Positions 1-14,100 of a stretch of 64,000 bases of DNA are shown piece by piece. The DNA comes from Oculina patagonica (Eukaryota). The notes under the pieces were generated by a model, which worked only from the letters and a program-made list of their open reading frames with translations, was not told the DNA's origin and did no database searches. The stretch spans positions 14,818,001-14,882,000 of the forward strand of contig NC_135767.1 in assembly GCF_052425735.1 (NCBI RefSeq). Direction: 5' to 3'. Position 1 is the stretch's first letter; every line of letters starts with the position of its first letter. The position numbers and the translations under genes were made by a program.

Positions 1-290
1 TTATTTGTTAGCTTGCAACGAAAGTGGTTAAAAAAAGTCGCGGAGGCGCCAAGCTATACGCGACAAAGACGAATGGTGGTCTGGATATTCAGGTCAAATT
101 TTAACAGTGTTTCGATAATCGGGCGCTCTTACGTTTTATAATACTTTATTAATCGACTTATTTATTACTTTGTGGGAATTCGGGCTCTTGGAAAATCCTC
201 ATGATATAGGCTGTAAGGGGTTTGTTTGACATAAAATGGTCACGTTAGAATTCTAGTCCCTCCCTATATTACTTATATTTAGGTTTTTAG

Positions 291-3200
291 CGCGTACATC
301 GACTCCCTTATCCCGCCCAGCCGATCTTCCGGTCTTTTTGCGTAGGCTCAATGGATTCATCCGAAAGTATTAAAAAAAAGACATATAAAATAGCTGCATT
401 CGCTACAGAACATCGAGCAACGATAAAATTAAATACTCCAGCAACGACTACAGGATTTTTATCCCCATTTTTATTATTTTATTCAAAAGCTAAAAATTAG
501 AAATTTTAACAGCGAGCAACATGAAACTAAAACAGAAATACAAAAACATTGAAAATACCTTGTATATTAGAAGAAAAAAATAATTCCGTCATTTTATCCA
601 ACACCAATTTTAACTAGAAACTTTCTCCCAAAAATCACTCATTTCACAATTCCCTGTTTAAAAAGGCAAAAAAAGCTAACACAGTCCTCACTACAGGTCA
701 ACAGACTACTGTTGTTGTTGTTTGTTTGTTTGTTTGTTTTTTCAGAATTTGATCGCTTAGTGACTTGCTCAAATTCACCAAAACTTATCCTCGGCATACG
801 TAAAAGTTGTCGTTTTACGAGAGGATGGAGGAAAACTGCTTTTAGTGGTGTACAACTAAAATCCCCTCTTTAAAAACGTGTTTTAACCCTATCATCAAAG
901 CAAAGCAAATTAAAACGAAATCAAACTGTTCAAGTCTAAATCAACGTAATGTTCCTGATGTGGGATTCCTTGATCCGGTAACCTCCCCGCGGAACGTGTT
1001 AGATAACCATCAGCCTCACCACATGCCCGACGGTCTTCTTCGATGTTCGGCCAGTGATGGTCGCCAGCACTTCGTCACTGCTCCCTCGTGCAGCTGAGGA
1101 TGGTGCCTTGAAGGCGACGGAGAAGAAGCTTTTGCGGCCTTGACGAACAGTGATGGAGGTGCGGCGAAGATGGGCAACATATTTTAGGCGATCTTTGACT
1201 TTGATGTCAAAAATCTCGGTTGAGCCTGTGTTGTAGACCACAAAAATCACGAACCCACGGCCTCCAGCCGGTATTGTGTACTCGTTCCTGGCGTAAAGGA
1301 CCCTAATCAGGGCGTGGCTGGGATGGACTGTGTTATGCGAGTTGCGTTCAAAGGGGTACCCTTTCTTTGTTGTCCCTCTCAGCTTTAACTTAAATGGTAC
1401 TGAAGGAGGTGTGAATGAGGCTGAGAAATGTGCTCCACTTGTTCCATGAGGAGACACAGTAGTTGTGCCTAGGCGCCTCTTATCCATGCTCATCAAATCA
1501 AGGCTAAGCGACCTGCTGTTGATCTTATTTGCTCCAGCAACTGTTAAGATGACCACCGCTTTCTTACCTATTAAATTTTAAAAAATCTGGTAAGCAATGA
1601 AACTTTATTTTGCGAAATAAATTAGGTTTGAATTTAAATACTGGCTGCATGAACTTGTTTGTATCTTATTTGCCTTTTTTTTTTACCTTCGATATGTTAC
1701 ATGTACAGCCGTGTAAAAAACCTTTTTTAACTTTTCAGCTCGTTTAGTATATTACTATTCTTGTTTTTTTGTTTGTTTTATTGCCTTTTTTAAAGTTACT
1801 TTGTTTTTTGCTGTAAAACAAACTATTATTATCTTTTTTTTTCTAGCAAAGTAAAATGTTTTTTTTGTTGTTGTTGTTGCTATTGTTTTTTTTTATTGTT
1901 GTTATAAACAGTTAATGTCGTGCATTTTTTCTCTACTGAAGCATTTTTGCTTCTAATTAACGGTGAGACAATAAACTAAGTAACACTTACCTAGGAGAGG
2001 ATGTGAAATAGGTATTGGTTTCCTGCTTCTTCCACGGGTTGGAATCATCACAAAAAAGTACTCGAAGTCGATGTTTGTTTTGCTTGAGCCTTTGATCAAG
2101 TAGGAATGTTTGCCAGCTCCTGCACGTACATCGACTCCCTTATCCCGCCCAGTCCATCTTCTGGTCTTTTCGCGTAGGCTCAGTGGATTCATTCGAAAAA
2201 AAAAAAAAGACATATAATACAGCCGCATTCGCTACACAACATCGATCAACGGTATAATTAAATACTCAAGCAACGACTACAGGATTTTTATCCCCATTTT
2301 TATTATTTTATTCAAGAGCTAAAAATTAGAAATTTTAACAGCGAGCAACAAGAAACTAAAACAGAAATACAAAAACATTGAAAATACCTTGTATATTAGA
2401 ATAAAATCCGTCATTTTATCCAACACCAATTTTAACTAGAAACTTTCTCCCAAAAATCATTTATTTCACAATTCCCTGTTTAAAAGGCAAAAAGATAACA
2501 CAGTCCTCACTACAGTTCACCAGACTACTGTTGTTGTTTGTTTTGTTTTTTTTTTGTTTGTTTGTTTTTTTTTTGCAGAATTTGATCGCTTAGTGACTTG
2601 CTTAAAGTCACCAAAACTTATCCTCGGCATACGTAAAAGTTGTTTTTCGAGAGGATGGAGGAAATCTGCTTTTTGTGGTATATAACTAAAATCCCCTTTT
2701 TAAAAACGTGTTTTAACCCTATTTAACCCTATCACCAAAGCAAAGCAAATTAAAACGAAATCAAACTGTTCAAGTCTAAATCAATGTAATGTTCCTGATG
2801 TGGGATTCCTTGATCCGTTAACGTCCCCGTGGAACGTGTTAGACAACCATCAGCCTCACCACATGCCCGACGGTCTTCTTTGATGTTCGGCCAGTGATAG
2901 TCGCCAGCACTTCGTCACTGCTCCCTCGTGCAGCTGAGGATGGTGCCTTGAAGGTGACGGAGAAGTAGCTTTTGCGGCCTTGACGAACAGTGATGGAGGT
3001 GCGGCGAAGATGGGCAACATATTTCAGGCGATCTTTGACTTTGACGTCAAAAATCTCGGTTGAGCCTGTGTTGTAGACCACAAAAATCACGAACCCACGG
3101 CCTCCAGCCGGTATTGTGTACTCGTTCCTGGCGTAAAGGACCCTAATCAGGGCGTGGCTGGGATGGACTGTGTTATGCGAGTTGCGTTCAAAGGGGTACC

Positions 3201-3954
3201 CCTTCTTTGTTGTCCCTCTCAGCTTTAACTTAAATGGTACTGAAGGAGGTGTGAATGAGGCTGAGAAATGTGCTCCACTTGTTCCATGAGGAGACACAGT
3301 AGTTGTGCCTAGGCGCCTCTTATCCATGCTCATCAAATCAAGGCTAAGCGACCTGCTGTTGATCTTATTTGCTCCAGCAACTGTTAAGATGACCACCGCT
3401 TTCTTACCTATTAAATTTTAAAAAATCTGGTAAGCAATGAAACTTTATTTTGCGAAATAAATTAGGTTTGAATTTAAATACTGGCTGCATGAACTTGTTT
3501 GTATCTTATTTGCCTTTTTTTTTTTTACCTTCGATATGTTACATGTACAGCCGTGTAAAAAACCTTTTTTAACTTTTCAGCTCGTTTAGTATATTACTAT
3601 TCTTGTTTTTTTGTTTGTTTTATTGCCTTTTTTAAAGTTACTTTGTTTTTTGCTGTAAAACAAACTATTATTATCTTTTTTTTTTTCTAGCAAAGTAAAA
3701 TGTTTTTTTTTGTTGTTGTTGTTGCTATTGTTTTTTATTGTTGTTATAAACAGTTAATGTCGTGCATTTAAAGCATTTTTGCTTCTAATTAACGGTGAGA
3801 CAATAAACTAAGTAACACTTACCTAGGAGAGGATGTGAAATAGGTATTGGTTTCCTGCTTCTTCCACGGGTTGGAATCATCACAAAAAAGTACTCGAAGT
3901 CGATGTTTGTTTTGCTTGAGCCTTTGATCAAGTAGGAATGTTTGCCAGCTCCTG
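291..3954. repeat. ~1.83-kb tandem duplication (291-2122 / 2123-3954) of the gene A 3' end
   Basis: The junction at ~2122 fuses exon-4 sequence (gccagctcctg) to downstream flank (cacgtacatcgactccc, compare 291). The intron, last exon and 3' flank are repeated. Confidence 0.9.
999..1567 (-). CDS. Duplicated terminal exon of gene A (second copy, intact ORF and acceptor)
   Basis: Nearly identical to 2839-3407, with 4 aa differences (V/I, Y/F, T/A, V/I). The aatttaatag acceptor is retained. Confidence 0.6.
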
Positions 3955-5123
3955 ACACAATCAATTTCCAAGTTCCTGGCCTTGGGTGGTTGATCTCGTA
4001 AATAGCTGCTTTCGTCAGAGAAATCTTTCCCGAGGTAACACGAGCTCCTCTTGGATCTCTGAGGTTAATGCTTGGCCCAGTTCTCTCGGTTGAGACGGAG
4101 ATGATAATCTTTTCTGTGGAATCATCGACAGGGATGATGTATGTGTAGGAAGACCCTCGTGGACTCCGCCTCCTTTTTCCTGTTGAGCTATTAGAGTCCC
4201 CGTTGTCTAGGCAAGTAGTTCCTCCGAGTGTGACGCTAGTTAAACCTGAAAGTTTTCTCAGCTCATTGCTGTTGGGAAGTATAAGCATTTGGCCGCATGT
4301 TTCACTGGCCAGCTTCTCGAATGGTGCATACGAAGAATGCCAGCACCATCCTTCATTTATGAAGAAGTTTATAGTGATATCATTATCTTCAGCCTCCGCC
4401 AGCACTTGAAGAATATTATAGTCGGTTGCATCTTTTGCTTGTGCATCAGTGAAAACATAAAGCGGCGAACCACCATTTGGGCTTTTGGCCATGGCTTCAA
4501 GGATTCCCTTGAAAGTCAGCTCGGGACAATCTCCACCGGCATGTGCGTTTAGAGCTTTGATGGCGTTCTTGAACTGTGTCCCATTACCGTAGCTTTTGTA
4601 AGTAACTGGGCCGGTTCCTTCAAACATACAATTGAGAAATAGAAGAGATAGTGTTTATAATGCATATTTTAATATGTTCTTATCGATCAATCAATCAATC
4701 AATTAATCAATCAAGGCTACGTTAATCTTCAACCCTAACCAGGAGGAGGAGGAGTGGGGGGGGGGGGGGTGCCTTTGAACGCTTATCACTTTTTCTAGAT
4801 TCAACCAAACGCTGCCAAACTTTGCGAGTTTATCTAAAATTTATCTGGGAATAATTCGGTAGGATAGGTTGTTGTTTCTGCAACAACATTTTGACAGATC
4901 TGTTTTCCTTAAATTTGTAATTTTTGTGTTTCTAATAATAACTTTAATGCAATTATTTTTACCTTTCTAGTTTTTTTGCACTGTTTGTTTTGATTCTAAG
5001 TACTTTTCAGTTATTTTGGGCGTTTTTTGACGTCCCACGTGACGTATATCAAAAGATGAATATTGGGACATGCTATATATCCTCTAAATTACATTATGAT
5101 TGCTTAAATATTCTGGACGTTAC

Positions 5124-5155
<32 letters not shown>

Positions 5156-8100
5156 AGTCCCCCTCGGTCTGAGAAGACTAATAAAATCCCGGTCTGAATA
5201 GGGTTAAAGGTGGGAATATCAAGGTTAACAAGAGCGAGCGAGGGTAAACGACACGCCGCAATTCATTTCTTTGAATTGTGTTACATTTTATCTTGACCGA
5301 GAAGCATATAGTGTCGCTTGTATAGCAAGGGAGCAGCATGACGTTTAGTAAGATTGGAGTAAGAAACATTTGGTAAATGTTCTAAAGAAATAAAAGGTGT
5401 TATCATCATTATTTTACAAAATATGTACCTGGATCGTTGAAAGGTGATAGAATGAAATCTACTTTCACGTCTCTTTTATGATTGACAATCGATATTGCGA
5501 TGTCTTTAGCAGCTTGAATTGCACCACTCATACTTCCAGTGTCATCAATGGCAAACATTAAAGTGACTTCGCCATTGACACTCATGAAGGTGTCAAATGT
5601 AGAATTACCAAGCTCTTTTTTAATGGCATCCATAAACGTCTTCACGGCGCTGGTGGCACCTCGCCTTTTTCGGCCACTCTTCTTATCCAGTTGCATTACT
5701 GTGTATAAGCCATGCCCAAGAGATTTGCGTGCAAACAGATAGTTCCGTTTCTTGGTCGCTAATTTGATGTTCGCTTTTATCTTAGCCAGTCGACGGGCAC
5801 TATGACTGTATCGAGATCCGGCGGCCTGTGCCTCGTACACTGCTCTTTCAATTTGATCAAGTGCCTCTAGGAACTTGTTCGATGGCGAAGTCCGTTTTGG
5901 CGGCGGAGGTGGGGGTGGAGGTGGAGGTGGTTTCACGACTAAAAAAAGAAAAGATAATTAAGGGCCCTAAAAAAAATTATAATTGCGGAAAAAAGAAACA
6001 TCAGAACTTAATGAACATAAACATAGAGAGTAAAAACAAAAACAAAAACGTATGAATCATTATCATCGCAATTAATACATAATATACTTAAAGAGCAGTG
6101 TCACGGACAACTCATCTTGAAAACAATTGGAATTTGTTGTTGCTCACAATGCCTCGTTGAAACGACCCTTGTTTACTTTCGGGTTAAAATTACTCCGTTA
6201 GTGTTTTTATCTTAGAAAACTTCTGTTTTGAGGTCTTCTTCAATTTGAAAGTAATCAGAAAAATGCATCGAAATACAGTGACATACCTCCTTTAAAGAAA
6301 TACTCGATTTTGATTTGGTGAGGCTTTAAAATTCCGCGGTCTGGGCAGAAAAGTAAATACCCGGTACAAAGTTGTACGATATGTGACTTAATGACCTGCA
6401 AGTACTTCCAAAGATCATTAGAAGGACCACGACGATTGCTTGAACAGAAAACTTTTTAGTTTACTTATTTTTAAGTTTACTTATAAGTTTACTTATTTGG
6501 TGTAACATAACTTAAAAGTTATGTTACACGTATCTGTAAAGCGGGAGTGGTGAAATTCATTTCTTTTAGAAACTCTACAAATTATCTAGACAAAGAGTGG
6601 TCTATATTAACTGTGGTAACTGGACGACTCGTATATTTCAACTATTTTAATCGATCGCTGTCTTATCTCGTACAAATCGTATAAATTCATCTTATAAAAA
6701 TTATTAGTATACTTAAAAACATATATCTGACTTGATTTATAAAAAGGTGGCTATTCGGGATTTTAAGGATCCATTTACCTTTGGTTAGTTTACCCCAGTC
6801 TCCAACTCGTTGTGTCTACCGGACTTCAATACATTTGAATTCTAAGCGCGCGCGCTGATTCGGATAACAGAAGTGTTCTAGCTTTCTATTTTGCTGTCTA
6901 AAGAAAGTTTGCCGGAGGACATCATTAAGTCCCGTGAAGGTAAAAGTCTTACGATTTGCAAGTTATGCGTCGGCTGTTATCGTACCTCAAACCGAGCTTT
7001 AGGCGGGTAAACACAGATAACCGGTCTTTTCGTTTTGCCAGGTACAAATAATGTTGAGCTTGCTTTAGACAGCAAAGGTTTTTAGCCATATCAATTAGGA
7101 CTCGGAACTAGACTATAGGGCTGATTTGAAGTCTTACGATTTGCAAGTTATGCGTCGGCTGTTATCGTACCTCAAACCGAGCTTTAGGCGGGTAAACACA
7201 GATAACCGGTCTTTTCGTTTTGCCAGGTACAAATAATGTTGAGCTTGCTTTAGACAGCAAAGGTCTTTAGCCATATCAATTAGGACTCGGAACTAGACTA
7301 TAGGGCTGATTTGAAGGCGGTCGTAACGATATTTGGCTTGAACTTTACCGTGGCTAAAGACTTTGTTTTTTACTGTTGAAGTGTGGGGAGCGGGCGTTAC
7401 GCGCTCGACGACATTCAAAGACATCCGGGACATTGTCGGTTATTTCTAAAAGAAACATGTCGGAGTGGATAGCCAAGGAATCGCTTCAATTGCTGATGTG
7501 AGTACATAGTTTTCTTGTGTCCTCAATTTTAGGCGTTCTCCGCCTTACACTCATAGTTCTCTGTGATTCGCTAGTGGGAGGCAATGCGATCGTGTGCATT
7601 TCCGGCCGCGACAATGGAGTTGACAATTGAGATAACACATGCCCGCTTCCTCTCGATATTTCGCCTGATTTGCTTAAAGTTGAATCGAATGTCGATGTAG
7701 AATGCTTTAGTTCAGTTTATTTGAGACGTGCATGCTTTAAGAAAGCTACAGTTCAGCTCTCCGCCGAGTGTTGTCTTATGTCTATCTTGGTGTTAATTTT
7801 GACTCACATTTCAAGTTGTAAACACTCTTAATTAAATTGATAGAATTCTTGATTTAAACAAAATGCCGTATATGCAGACTTTTTGGTTCAAAACACATAA
7901 ACTAGAGTACGTTACGTTAAACTTGAGCTAAAATTAGCCCTCATTCAGCGTTCGTTACAGAAATATGCCTTGTGAACTATGGTGTCGTGTCAAAATTCGG
8001 GAGACACCTTTTATCAAATCAAGTCAGATATGAACAAAACAAAACAAAAGAGTTCGCAAAGAGAACGTTTACAGTGAATCTCTGCATTTCTCTCTGCATT

Positions 8101-11100
8101 ACCACGCGACTGACAGGCATTCAGGTGGTAAACCATACAAGAAAATAACAAAAAATAACAAACGTCAAGCAATCTACGCGATTCTCACACTTGCTTCATA
8201 CCTTCCTTGGAATACACCAGCTAGAATTATTTTTTGTTGGTAGTTATGCTGTCCATTACAGGTATTTTGTTTTCTTTTTTTAATGCCTAGATGACCATCA
8301 TTCTGGGTAACTACGACTACAACATCCCCCCAAGCCGTTTCATTTGTTATAATGCTTCTGACCTGTTAGTGATGCCTTTAGTTGTGAATTAACAAATGAC
8401 AGTAGAAAAGTGTCATACTTGAATTCAACCATTTCTGTGGTTCCTGTGGAACATTTTTTGATGAAGCTCATCCTATCGGATTTCATATTGGATTGGTTTC
8501 TTTGTGTACTCACAACGTGCTTATGAGTTCTTTGTCTAGCTGCAGAATACTCGTCAGCGTGTCTGCTAGGTCGCGTTAGACGCGAGTGTCTTTATTACGA
8601 GTCGAGTGGTTTTATGGCCTGATTACATGAGCCGGGCTGGCCCGGTTAGCCGGGCTGGCTCGGTTTGCCGAGATGACTTTCAGCCCGGTATTACATGAGC
8701 CCGGTTTGCCGAGATGACTTTCAGCCCGGTTTTAGCATGAATGATCAGAGCACGAATGATTTTAATCACCTTTTTCCGACAATTTGGTGGTTAAATGTTT
8801 TGCACTTATGCAGCTGGATGGGTAACTTTACCTGTACATCCTATTTAGAACGAGTAGCATTGATTTTTTCATCGGATATTGTGCTCGGAAAAGAAATTTA
8901 ACGCTGGCCCGCTTAGCCGGGCTGGCCCGGTGAACGCGATTACATGGAAAATTTTCAGCCCGGCTAGCCGAGATCCCGGCATCGCGATACCGGGATCTCG
9001 GCTAACCGGGCTGGCCCGGTTGTCATGTAATCGCGAAGTTGATTTTTGTTGCGTTTAACAGACGTGCCGAGATCTCGGCAAACCGAGCCAGCCCGGCTCA
9101 TGTAATCAGGCCCTTACTTTGAATTTTCCAGGTTCATAATTAAGCTCAAAATGGTTTCCTTGAATTTCATACCCCACTTTTCAGCACAGTAGAGGATTCT
9201 TGAAGGTATTGTTAAACAGTGCAGTTACATGTATCGTTTCCAAAAAGGTAGTTGATGCTGACCACGTTTGTCAGCGCAAAGAACTTGCAAAGCATCTTTC
9301 TCTATCGACTACACCTTCTGAAGAACTGTTCTCAATGGATGAATACAACAGTGAGATCACCACGGCTGTTGAGACCCTTGGTATGTCCCAATTATTCCGG
9401 CGGTGGATTCCCTCAAAGGCATCTTATGCCTTTGGATGCTAAAAGCAGTACTTTTGTTGTCTAAATTCAGGATCCGCTAGAAATTGGCGGCACTCAGGTA
9501 TCTCATGAAGCTAAGGGAAAACAGAGTTTTGTTGAAAGGTGGCGAAGTCGTTGTTCCTCGTTAAATGGCTGCGTACCATGAAATCAACTTGTTTGCGATC
9601 GTGCAATTCCACTTCTTCCTAATCCAATCCATTAAATGTGTTTCTATGGCTAAAACACTCAAAAACACGCTATTGGATTCTCCTTCAGGAATTACTTAAA
9701 CATTCCTCTTCTCTACGCCAGCAAACCATTATTCACTGTTCTTGCAAATAGTTAACAAGTAACCTTGGTTTATGACCTTTTGATAGTAAGCTAGTGGCTG
9801 TGATAGTCACATGATGAATTTTGTGTTTTTTCCCGTTGTTATTACGGGTTTGCCTGGCGTTTCTTTCTGGATTCGTATGTCATCACTGATAATAGTTCCT
9901 TGGTTAATTCTGACTTTTTTATGAATAAGTTGGGTACGTTGACATCCACGCTTGTCTGGTTATGCGCGTTTCTAGGATTCAATTATCTTCTTTGAGCCAC
10001 TAATGTTGAGCGCCATGTGTTATGTTGGTTCTCCTTTAGGCGACTTCCCAAACATTTTCCCTACTACACTCTGTACGAACCACGTTTTAAATACTATGTC
10101 ACGGATTTTATCAGATTTTTGAACAGTCAAAATTTATGTTTGTGTCGCATGAAAACTATTAATAATAGTCCATTTTTATTTTAAACAGTTCTCACAAGTA
10201 ATTAAAAAGTTGTTCTCTCTAAGGTGGTTGTATTGGCTTTGTTTAAGTGCTAAAACATGTTTTATCTTAATTATCGGTTTTAATTTTTCCCTTGCTTCAG
10301 ATTTTTCTGTACACAAGCAGGCTTCAACTGGCTGGCGTCAAGACAGGTTGGATTCCCATCTCCCATCCCTCTCAGAATTCTGCATTTCAGGATCTATGTG
10401 GTGTAACTTGATTCTTACAACTGCTCTCCTCGTCATTTTGCAAGGTGTAATTCCTGCAGCTGGACTGTACTGCGTTTTGTCTCTCAAGACGATGTTATTT
10501 TGTCTTTCAAATGTTCATTTCTCGCTGTCTTGTTCAATGTTTGTATTGATCTCTCCAGTTCGCCGTTCTCCTTTGGGTGCATGGGGTATCAGATTGTGTT
10601 GTTAAAATCCCTCTTGTACTACCAAGTCATTAAATTCTTTAGTACTGAAAGGTGCTCCATTGTTGCTCTTTGCTCTTATACGAGTTCCATAAGTAGCAAA
10701 AATGTGAATCAGTAGCCTCTTTTTTCCGGCTTGGAAGCTTTTTGTTGGTACTGACTCAACCACTAGATATCCGGTTTTCTTGTCGATCACAACCAGGTTT
10801 TTCGGGACCGTCCGGGTATGGTCTGCCGTGGTCTATGGAGACCGTGTTTCTTGGTCGACTTTGGGTATTAAAATTTGTTACCTTCAAAGGTCCATCTCCT
10901 TTCTTCGTTTAAGCTACCTGGCATTCAAAGCACCGTTCAATAGCTGGTCGTGCTGTTCATCAGGGCAAAAGAGTAGTTCTCTTTTAATAGTTGTTTTGCC
11001 TTGATTTGCATACGATTCCTAGTCTGTGTCCTATATTGACCACTTTTCTCTGCTGGTAGTACTACGCGCTGTTTTTTTTTTCGAAGATTAGTTCCTGACT

Positions 11101-14100
11101 ACAATTAACTGGATAGCTCTTCTTTGATATGTAGGTATGGCTTTATGTCTTTGCCTCGTTTGTGTTTCTGCCAGTTTTCTTTCATAATCCTCTTTGCTAG
11201 TCGCTACATCACTTCATCTTTAAGGGTTTCGTCTCTCATTTATGCGACGCCCTCTGCATGCTATGGTTTTTTGGTCTATCTGATAACATCTTGGTCTTGT
11301 CATCTTCTGCCTCAGTAAGTGGGTGTCTGGAAAAGTAGTCCCGGGGTCCGCTTTGGCCTTTTTTGCCTCGTGCACTAATTCATAGCCTACGTCCTGCATT
11401 TCCGTGACCCATTTCTCTAGGCTGAATGGCACCTTCACCTTTTGCTTTGTTGAACAGGAGTAGCACAAGTAAAGGCTTGTGCAGTATAACTGAATCTAGC
11501 TTCTCCAAGTAGGTAGATTCTCAGTCTCTCCTTGGTCCATTTAATGGCTATGGTATCGTTTTCAGTCTGGCTGTATCTTTTCTCAGTCTCTATCGGTTTT
11601 AGGCTGATGAAGTGTACTGGTCGTTTGCCTCTCTCTCTGTTTCCTAAAGAAGGGTTGCTGATAAGCCTTCATTGAAGCTTGCTTCTGTGCTTCTGTGCGA
11701 AGAATTATTGGCTTCCTTGGGTCAAAGATTGTCATGTTCTACCCATTTGAGATGATGTCTTGCATTTTCCTGAATGCCTTCTAAACTGCATTTCCCCTTT
11801 TGAACGTCATTTCTTTTGCTATGGCTGCGTAATTGTTGATGAATCTGTCTAAGTAGCATGCCATTCCGGGAAAGTTACGGACGGCTTCCTTGTTCTCAGG
11901 TACTCCGCGCTCTTTGATAAAGCAATGAATTAAGTCCGTCTCTACAAAAGACGTCGATCTCTCCATTCCCAAAACGGCATTTCTCTCGGTTGATTGAGAT
12001 TCTGTGGTCTCTTGCTTACTGGAGTACTGTCTTAGCAAATCTCTGTGTTATTTGTCAACTTGTCCCGCAAAGAATATACCATTTCTCCGTTTCAGTCAGT
12101 GGTCTATGTCTCCGAAGATTGTAAATAATTATTGTTTATAAAGATATTAGGGGGGCTGGGGTTGGTAGTTTCTCCAAGATGTGCTAAATGTTGTCACTGC
12201 TCTGGTTGTCGGGTCCAATGTCAATTGATGGTATCTTTGTCTAAGATTCAATTTCGTTGAGATCTTGCAGTCGAGGAGAAGGTAGATAAAATCATTCACT
12301 CCTGATGGTTGAATGCATGGTGTTCGTTATATATGTTTGTCTGGGATCACCATATCCATGCTTGCTCTTATTGATCGTTTGAAACGCTAGCTCTTCTTTC
12401 TACACATTTGTGTAACATTGCTTCAGCAGTAGGAACTGAGATGAGCACCACATGAATCGTTCACCCGGCCTCCGGCACCTAGATTATCTCCTCTTCGACT
12501 CCCTATCCGAGCCACTCTTTTATCGGTTTCTGCAGATGGTATGTTACTGGTCGAGGTTTCTGAGCCACAGGAATTGCTGCAGATTCATCTCTAGCTTGAA
12601 GTTGAGTTTCAATATCTCCTATTCTGATGAGAACTGTGTTCTGGCCTGCACTTGGCCTTATCTTCTTCGCTTGGTGTAGTGTGTTGCGTTGTCTGCTGGA
12701 GGTATTCGCTGTCCCAGTAGCTGCTCCTTTCTTCCCAGCATCTTTGTGCCTTCTTGTCTCCCCCTTTACATCTTTTTAGGATTTCTTACTGCCCGTTTTG
12801 TCCTGCTCTGAAACACGGTGCGTAGTGGTTGTATTTGCCACACTTCAGGCTCTGCTTTCCATAGGCTGGGCAGCTCCAGCAGCCCAGGAGATAAAGTCCT
12901 GTTTTCCCACAGTAAAATCGGTTGTTCTTAGTACTTCTTTCTTTCTGTTTGTGGTTTTCCTTTCTTGTGGGCGCTTTTATTTTCTGGCTGGGAGTGTAGA
13001 ATTGTGTTTCTTCGTCCACTTTCTTTACCGCATTTATGGGCGACTCTCTGATTGTTGATTGATATCGTCCATATCGCTTGCTTCCTCGATAAACTGATCT
13101 AGGTTACACTTCCTCTTGATACTTTTTTTAAATATATCATTGTCCCTGATAGTTTGTATTACATGCCTGTAAACTATCTTTTTGTTCCAGGAGTGGTGCT
13201 GTGTAATCGACGACGCTTTCTCCCGGCTCTAGTCGTCGTTTCCTAGACGTGTATCTCGCATATTGTTTGTTGTTCTTCACAAGAAAATGGTTGTTCAATT
13301 TTCCTCTTCAGGTTTTAGTAATCATCTTCCCGGCCTTCCGCCGGAGCGTCCGGCAGGCTGCGTGCATGTTCTTTTGATCTCTGGTCAACCATTTTCACCT
13401 GTGCTTTATTGAGCAGGGTAATGAATAGAGACTTGTGGCCTGTAACGATTTTATATCAATGTGATCAGTCTCCCCTTGGCCCAGGCAGAAAAAAAATTGT
13501 GCTGCTGCCGCTTCGTAATTTTTGATTAAAATGTCTAGAAGCATGCAATTCCGGGAAACCTGCGACGTCTTTCTTGTTCTAAGGAACTCGGCACTCTTTG
13601 ATTGCTTTTAATTCATAAGTTAAGTCGGTGGAGGTTTCGTCCATTTTTACCAAAGTCCAAGGAACTCAACAGCTTGCATTTCTGCACAAACTGGCAATTA
13701 ACGTAGATCTTCAGCGCACTCACTATGTCTTTCTTATTGGTAATTCGAAATATGGCTTCCTCTTCGAAGTCCTTCAGCTGTTTCTCCCACGCTCGGCCAA
13801 CTTCAAGATGGTTGTCCGATTTTTTGAAAGGTCCTATCCGTTAAGTGTATTATCCACGGTGGTTACTCTAACTTCTGTAGCGGCGCTTACTCCTTCGTCA
13901 AAAATGTTGCTTTTTCTTCTGTCGAGCACTGATCGCCTCTACGAATTCTTCTCGGTGTTTATCTTTACTCGTTTTTAGTTTCGTTCTGCTTTGAATTTGC
14001 GAGTTTAATAAAAAGCGAACTAAACAACCTCGGCCTTTTGTATTGCGGCTAAAAATTGTTTCTCGCCCTACGCGTAGAAAACTACGACTTTGTAACGCCG

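Noticed and set aside
1953-2228. 91-aa ORF as an independent gene
   Set aside because: Chimera of 3' flank and partial exon 4 created by the duplication junction.
9121-9800. Possible transposase remnant (ORFs 9200-9464)
   Set aside because: It looks like decayed coding DNA, but I could not recognise any diagnostic motif.
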